Below are positions 56,495 through 64,000 of a DNA stretch of 64,000 nt, in pieces. Both the position numbers and the translations under genes were made by a program. This DNA is from Eledone cirrhosa (taxonomy: Eukaryota). The notes beneath the pieces were generated by a model. The model was not told the DNA's origin. It searched no databases and saw only the letters and a program-made list of their open reading frames with translations. Numbering within the stretch: position 1 is the stretch's first letter; each line of letters starts with the position of its first letter. The stretch spans positions 56,668,001 through 56,732,000 of the forward strand of contig OZ024741.1 in NCBI GenBank assembly GCA_964016885.1, read 5' to 3'.

Positions 56495-57554
56495 CTAGCA
56501 GAGGTACCCGGCGTTGCTCGGATATTAAATAGCAATTGTGTATACCATTTATGTCAATATTTCAGTGCTGCTTCGAAAACTATACTTTTACAAAATCATC
56601 GGCTTTTTCCAAAAGGGGGTTCCTGTCCCCAGAGGTCCCCTACCCAATATGTGCCAATTCTGAGAGTTCACATTCATCTGTAGGACAAACGTAGCCCATG
56701 TGTCAAGTTTTGTGAAAATCGGTTGCGAACTCCAGAAGTTATGACGTTTTGTTGCATTGCACTGCAGTGCTTCAGTCGACTCCAAGGAAGTGGTTAAAGT
56801 GGTTAAAGGGGTTATCTGCCGGGGGGGGGGGGCTATAATCAATATCTGGAACAATGACAGTGCCCATGACCATCTTAAGTTTGGTGAAAATACTGTAGAA
56901 ATGCATAAGGTTTATACATACGCACATGCGTTCGTGTGTGTGCGTGTGTGTGCGTGTGGGGGGGGGGTATGTATTTGTGTGTGCGTATGTATGTGTATGT
57001 CTGTCGGGGCATACGTATGTACTGGCCTAAATCTTCACTATTTACTTTTACTATTTTAATAACCGCTGTCATTTTCGTTTTCAATTTTATTTACATCATT
57101 CTTAAACTCCGGGGCTGGAAATCATTCTGTTATTTTAAATAGAATATTAATCTAACGACTCCATTTATACCATAAACTTGGTCTTGTCTTTGCATGAAAT
57201 TGTTCTTCACGCTCCACATAACGACGTATTATCCTCGCTTTTTCCCCGTTCATTGCCAGGGAATGTCTTCACGAACCAGAATATCATCTTCCTGTTTTCG
57301 TTCGGTTGCAACGTTTCTCGAAATAATTACTTCTGCGTTCACAGATTACTCTCAGTTCAATTTGAATGGGAAATTCCTGTTTCATCGATTTTCTCCGTAA
57401 CCATGGAAGATTGTAGCTTGAAAGTCGACCCAACGCCTCGTCAGGTCATTCTGCATAACTGTAAATTTTCGCTGCATTCCACCAAGCCGTTTCGACGTTT
57501 ATCCGACTACACCTACATATACAACGTCCGACCACTTCCAATTTATATAGTAGA
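56495..57554 (-). mobile_element. Non-autonomous Helitron, longer version of 6370-6920
   Basis: Same termini and body plus an extra ~550-bp internal segment; part of that segment recurs at 56265-56403. Confidence 0.8.
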
Positions 57555-57663
57555 TTTGTTTATATATGAATGACAAAAAGAAAAGTATAAAACTATACAT
57601 GAACTGTTTCTACTAAACCTTCAATTTAAGACACAACCTACATATTTGATAGGACTCCAGCTC

Positions 57664-57694
<31 letters not shown>

Positions 57695-58136
57695 CTTCTT
57701 CTTCTTCTTTTGCTCCCCCCCTGGAACATTGGGCTGTGAGCCACCCCCACACAACGCCATGTTCTGAGTCTGCTTTTCAACTCCACCGTGATGCACGGTG
57801 CGTCATGGTGTATCTAACCATTTTTTTAGGTCTTACTACGGCTGATTTCTTCCAGAGAGGAGATGGAAAAATGCAGAGAAGATTCATCCCCGTAGGAATA
57901 ATAAAAAATGTTTACACTGCACATTTCATTTTTTCAAACCTAAAGCTGCCGATCCAAAATCAGTAATTCAACTCCCTGAAAACTTTCAAATATACGCTGT
58001 TCTAGCATGAATATTATGCTAAGGATAAGCTGTCCACAAAGTAAGATTTACTTGCATATCCCCGCTCATATAAACACATAAATACATGCACACATACATT
58101 ACAGTTGATTTTTTTTTTTATTATTAAAGCGTTTAC

Positions 58137-58174
<38 letters not shown>

Positions 58175-58444
58175 CGAAACATAAGTCAATTGCATGAACT
58201 CATAATCCTTTATTTACTGCTTTATTTGTATGAAATAAAGTAACCTCGTGCCGCGTCCTAGTCAGCAGGGTTCTTCAAAACACAACAGAACCCTCTGTGT
58301 TCAGAGAACGTGAGGCCGCCTGTGAGACGTGGGACCGGCTGGGACTTAGCCCAGTAGACGTCCCTCCTCCTTCTTCCCCTGTTGACGTCAAGTCCCCCCA
58401 ACGCACTTGGGAGGCCATCCAGTGCAGCCTGGCCTAAGACAGGC

Positions 58445-59027
58445 TCATGCGCCAGCTCGACCAGCACCGCCTTGCTTGTTTTCGTGCGGCCTCCAAACCC
58501 CACAGTGGTGCCTGGCTCCATGCCCTGTCCTCCTTCTCCACTGGCATGCAGCTAGACAACCATAGCCTGCGAATCGGCGTTTCCCTGAGGCTCGGCTTCC
58601 AGATCTGCCAGCCACACTGGTTTCACCGTGGACTCTTTCGGCCTCCACCCGCTTTCCTGTCGCCACAATGCCGGCCGCATTCCACGCCATACTGCCCTCA
58701 ACGAGGTCATTAGGCATGGCTTGGACGCTGCGACTGACCCAGGTTCTGCTGCACGTCGGGCTGAGGGGGCCAAACTCCTCAAATACCGGTCGTTCTCCGA
58801 CAGGTTTGCGGTCGTTCCCCTGGCAGTGGAAACTTCTGGTATCCTCGGCCCCAGGGCTACCTCCTTACTCACCACCATAGGCGCTGAGCTGGCCAGCCAC
58901 AGGTACGAGCCCTGCGAGTTGGAGTGGCTTTTCCAGCATGTCTCCCTTGCCGTCCTCCGGGGAAACGTCTTCTCCATTCTGTCCGCCGGGGCTGTGGGTG
59001 GGCCCCATCACGTACCAATACATTAGT
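58445..59027 (+). mobile_element. CRE-clade RLE LINE 3' fragment with internal deletions
   Basis: [68 protein letters not shown]; RPD motif region missing. Confidence 0.75.
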
Positions 59028-59853
59028 TAAATATCATTCTTTCATCGATGTTCAATGGTATAACTGAAGTCGATTTCACAAATATATATTAGATATATAT
59101 ATTATTTTTATCTCAATTTCCTGCTGGCAAAATTTATTGCACACTATCTAATTAGCGTTGCTTCTCGTTTTCTCTTTGATGTACTCTGAGTTGTACGTAC
59201 ACATTTCACCATATTAGGTACTCTTGTCTAATGTGCACAGGAGAGAGCTATACTGTGCTTAATTTAGCGAAATCGTGACAATCTCTATCTTTCAGTTGAA
59301 GAAAAAAGGATGTATCCGTGTCTTTCCACTGTCTGTCCCTGTCACAAGTGTCCAGATTTTAAATTAATATATATATAGCCTCACAACCATGGTGCAAACC
59401 AGTCGGCGAAACTGCAGTCGGGACTTTGGAGAAAAAGTAGGTATATTTTGTCTGATCTTTCCCTACATTTATAATTTTAGAGATAGCTCTGAATAAATGA
59501 TTATTTTTAATTCTTTCAGTCATCGAGTAAAACTGGTCAAGGCAGGACACCACACACACACATATATATTTATAATTATGTGTCTGTGTATCTTATTAAT
59601 ATTTTGTCCCAACTACCTTATGATCGAGTAAAATAGGCAGGTGCTAGCTGCTTTTTCTAGCAAATGTGTTACTTGTGTTACTCCATGTATGTATAGTATA
59701 TTTAGTAATATACCGTATGTTTAATTAAAAATATTTTGAAGACCAAACGCTATCGGTTTCAAAGCAGTGAAAGGTAAACAGAAATAACAACACAATCGGT
59801 ACAGTATATGGAAGGGATATATCAGGTTAACGCTTGATATAGCAGGAAGAGGG

Positions 59854-59889
59854 TCTTAACGTTTCGGACACTAGTCCTTCATCAGAAGA
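59854..59889 (-). ncRNA. Minimal HHR fold
   Basis: TCTT-CTGATGA-A-GGAC-TAGT-GTCC-GAAAC-GTT-AAGA; palindromic AACGTT in place of stem III. Confidence 0.7.
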
Positions 59890-60516
59890 AAAAGTAAGAA
59901 ATAAGATAGATTGAGGGGATGGGCGGGTTGGAATTGGAAAAAATGACTTTAGATAAAAATAACAGGTCCATTCATGTTGACATCTCTTTGAAAACATATA
60001 TATATAGTTTCCTTCTATCAAATGTTCACTCACCAGGCATGAGTCAGCATGAGGCTATTGTAAAAGAAACTAGCTCAATGTCCCATGTCGTGGGATTGAA
60101 CTAGAATCCACGGGGTTAGTAAAGCGAATTCCTTAGCCACGCAACCATGCCTATTTACATCCAAGAAGCAGATGATAAACTTTGTCTCTCTCTTTCTTCC
60201 TTAAATAACTTATACAACAAATCTGATGCCACTTTCATTCCTCCTCACTTTCTTCTTAAATTATTCTTTCTTCTTGCTATCCATTTGGTTTCTGTCTTTT
60301 AAGGATGGAATCAAAGATTTCACGAAATCGTTAAAAGTTACAGCTTGTGATCTAAAACCTTTCACCCATGTAGTGTTTTTACCATCTTCATCTAAAGCCT
60401 ATTACTCTAGCAGTGTCGGCGTCGTCGTCGTCCTCCTTATTATCATCATCATCATCACCAACACTGTCATCATACATACATACATACATACATACATACA
60501 TACATACATACATACA

Positions 60517-60547
<31 letters not shown>

Positions 60548-60984
60548 TAATACATACGTACATACATTGATATTTATATATTCCCTCAGTTTTATATAAC
60601 TTTGTTTTGTCCATCCCTATACATGTTATGACTCCAATGCTGTAGAAATGCACAAACGCGTGTAGTTTCGCTAAAGTTGCCTCCAGCATTGAAACTGTTT
60701 ATGAGTAAAATCCAAAACAACTGTGCCAAAATTATGTTTAAAAGTAATCTTTCTTCTTGCACAAAAATTATATCCGAAAGAGCAGCCTATTCGTGAAATT
60801 AACATACAGCAGGCGGAGCATTTCACAAACACGTGTACCCTAAACGTAATTCTCGGGGAGATTCAGAGTGGCATAGTGCGTGTCAAGGATGGTGATATGA
60901 AATACAGATGCAACTCATTCCTTAAACTCATTCTCTCTTATATACACCAGGTCCGAACACAAAAGAACCAAACTCCCACTGCCA

Positions 60985-61210
60985 CTGCCTCCGCCTTTCC
61001 CTGCGGGTAGCCAACTCTGCGCCTATGATAGTGAGCAGGGAGGTGGCCCTAGGGCCAAGGACACCAGAAGTCTCCACTGCCATGGGCTCGATCGCAAACC
61101 TGTCGGAAAGCGACCGATATTTGGAGAGTTTACCTTTCTCGGCCCTAAGTGCAGCAGATTCTAGGTTAGTCGCAGACTGCACCAGGTTGCTGCTTGAATG
61201 GATTTGCACA
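60985..61210 (-). mobile_element. CRE-like LINE fragment
   Basis: AALRAEKGKLSKYRSLSDRFAIEPMAVETSGVLGP, homologous to 58740-58900. Confidence 0.7.
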
Positions 61211-61843
61211 TAAAAAGCTAATAGGCGAAAACCGATCTCACTTAGATTTGGATACTGAAACTACACACTATAAGCCATTTAGTCGGGTGCTCTGCTGTTT
61301 GTGTGTTGGCTTCTTTTCATCTCCTACATACACGCCTCTTTCCACCATCTACAAATGCTATTCCAAGCTGTTTGAAACACTGACATAAACCTATACATTT
61401 GCAGAATCTGACAGTTTATGATATTTTCTAAGTGAAGGAAAAGCTACAAACGATTAAAGAGATATGACAGAGACATTACGATATTAAATTGGAAAGTGAC
61501 AAATCTGCAAGAATTTGACAAATATGTTACACTAATGAGATGTTATTAATTGAATGTGAAGGTACGTAGCTTAATGATTATAGTATTCGGCTCCTGATCG
61601 TAAGATTTCCGACGGCGTGATGTATCACTGAGCATGGTAATTTATTTCAAGATGCTCCTGTCCAGCCTTCTCTCACACACCATATCACACTGTATTTCCT
61701 AAAGAATTATATCAAGAGTAAACGTCTCAATGATTTATTTAGTCACTTGCAGAGGCGGTTCCGGTTTGCGAACAACTGGAACATTCATCGTCGAAACCGA
61801 CGGAGGTACAGCACGCCCACATTAATTAAATAGTGAAAGCTAC

Positions 61844-61885
<42 letters not shown>

Positions 61886-61948
61886 ATAGTAAAACACTAG
61901 AGGGTATATCCGAAGTAGTAGAGCACCCAGTCCATGGGACGAGTTAGG

Positions 61949-62024
61949 TAGAAGTAGTTCCACAACAGTTAGTTCACCATACCGAGTTCTCGGAATGGTG
62001 AACTAACTGTTGTGGAACTACTTC

Positions 62025-62026
<2 letters not shown>
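61949..62026. repeat. Fold-back hairpin abutting (TA)n
   Basis: TAGAAGTAGTTCCACAACAGTTAGTTCACCAT.CCGAG and its reverse complement. Confidence 0.85.
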
Positions 62027-62060
<34 letters not shown>

Positions 62061-62064
62061 TATA

Positions 62065-62147
<83 letters not shown>

Positions 62148-62164
62148 ATAAATATATATATATA

Positions 62165-62277
<113 letters not shown>

Positions 62278-62323
62278 ATAAATATATATATATATATATA
62301 TTTATTATATATATATATTTATT

Positions 62324-62506
<183 letters not shown>

Positions 62507-62590
62507 TATATGCAGACCTGACTATCCAGCGAACCTCAACCGTTAAGGTTGTCTTTATGCGGGTATGTTAATATTTATAAAACAAATTTG

Positions 62591-62656
62591 TATTTTATCT
62601 GATGAAAGCGCACCAAAATTTGTCGTGGTTACCCTTGAAATATATATAATAAAATA
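62591..62656 (+). ncRNA. HHR fold, relative of 15347-15411
   Basis: TATTTTAT-CTGATGA-AAG..CTT-GAAA-TATATA-TA-ATAAAATA. Confidence 0.75.
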
Positions 62657-62844
62657 ATTATGGTTTTATAAATATAGTTTCCATTTATTAATATATTGTA
62701 TATGTATATATATATGTATATATATATGTATATATATATAGAAGTATATATATATAACGAAGGAAATGTGGTAAGGAACCAGGTGGACCATAACGCACCA
62801 AAGTACTCAATACTTAGGGTAGTAGAGTGGGTAATAGGAACGTT

Positions 62845-62899
<55 letters not shown>

Positions 62900-62922
62900 A
62901 GATACACACACACACACACACA

Positions 62923-62979
<57 letters not shown>

Positions 62980-63155
62980 GAGAGAGAGAAGAAAACACAC
63001 GGGAGTGTGTGTTTATCAAGTTACAGGGAATACCACTAGCGTATGGAACTTATGGCCCGGGATTCTTTTTCCTTTGAGCTCATGAATCACAGGGACTAAC
63101 GCGAGTTTTTGACTCCGTTACTTCATTTATATATATATATATGTGTGTGTGTGTA

Positions 63156-63229
<74 letters not shown>

Positions 63230-63232
63230 CGC

Positions 63233-63278
<46 letters not shown>

Positions 63279-63740
63279 GTGTGTGTGCGTGTATGTGTGT
63301 GTGTGTGAAGTTATATCTGCATAAATACAAAGTGTGTAACCGAGCCTGCATCAATGTGTATAATTATATGCACCTATCTAATATGTAAACATACCAGAAA
63401 ATACGAATTTCCCTGTAAATGGAAATAATTGTTTCTACTTTAGGCACAAGGCCAGCAAATACCCAGTACATTACTGGTACTGTATTTTATCGACCCCGTA
63501 AGGATGAAAGGCAAAGGAAATAATAATAAACACCTTTAATCGATTTTCAGATCTAATTAGATCCTCATCGGGAGGCGTCCAATCAACCACAAGGAAACTC
63601 AGCCACTCTCAGACAGTGCGTGCAAAATTAGGAGGGGCTCTATCTTGCATGAATTCATTGAAGTCATTGATGTTGTCTCAAGTGGTTAGGGAGTTTCTTT
63701 CCTCCGCGCTCTCTCTCTCCCTTTCTGTCCCTCCCTCTCT

Positions 63741-63800
<60 letters not shown>

Positions 63801-63927
63801 GTCTTTATATATATATATATATATATATAGTAATATTAATAAATGTGGAGACTAAAATGCGAAGAGGGCTCGATAAGGATAATATATAAAAACCATAGAG
63901 CAAATATTTATTAAAATAACAGATTAA

Positions 63928-63978
63928 AGTTTAAGCAAAGAATCGCTGCTTTCACTCTTAACGGGATCTTCTGAAACT
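63928..63978 (-). ncRNA. HHR fold with CAGAAGA core (34233 family), followed by the start of another fold-back at the window end
   Basis: Reverse complement of 56413-56463 with one stem II substitution. Confidence 0.6.
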
Positions 63979-64000
63979 AAAAGTTCCTGTTAAGGGTGAA

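Overview
Eukaryotic, AT-rich, repeat-saturated intergenic or intronic DNA with no host protein-coding exon I can support. The SINE families and the extreme (TA)n/(CA)n/(TACA)n density suggest a cephalopod, probably Octopus (inference from recall, not a search). Nearly all ORFs in the track are microsatellite artefacts. The real coding remnants are decayed or truncated transposons: RTE, R4/Dong-like, CRE-like, Tx1-like and CR1-group LINEs, Penelope-like elements (PLEs), a mariner transposase and a Helitron helicase fragment. Non-autonomous Helitrons, MITEs, many SINEs and an 18-bp minisatellite are also present. The most notable signal is a dense, diverse population of short elements inserted in (TA)n tracts that carry type I hammerhead ribozyme (HHR) folds: about 18 readable by eye, several with recurrent non-canonical cores. 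Many are fold-back palindromes whose centres fall at a predicted PLE transcription start or at the ribozyme's own stem II hairpin. All folds were read manually and cleavage activity is untested.
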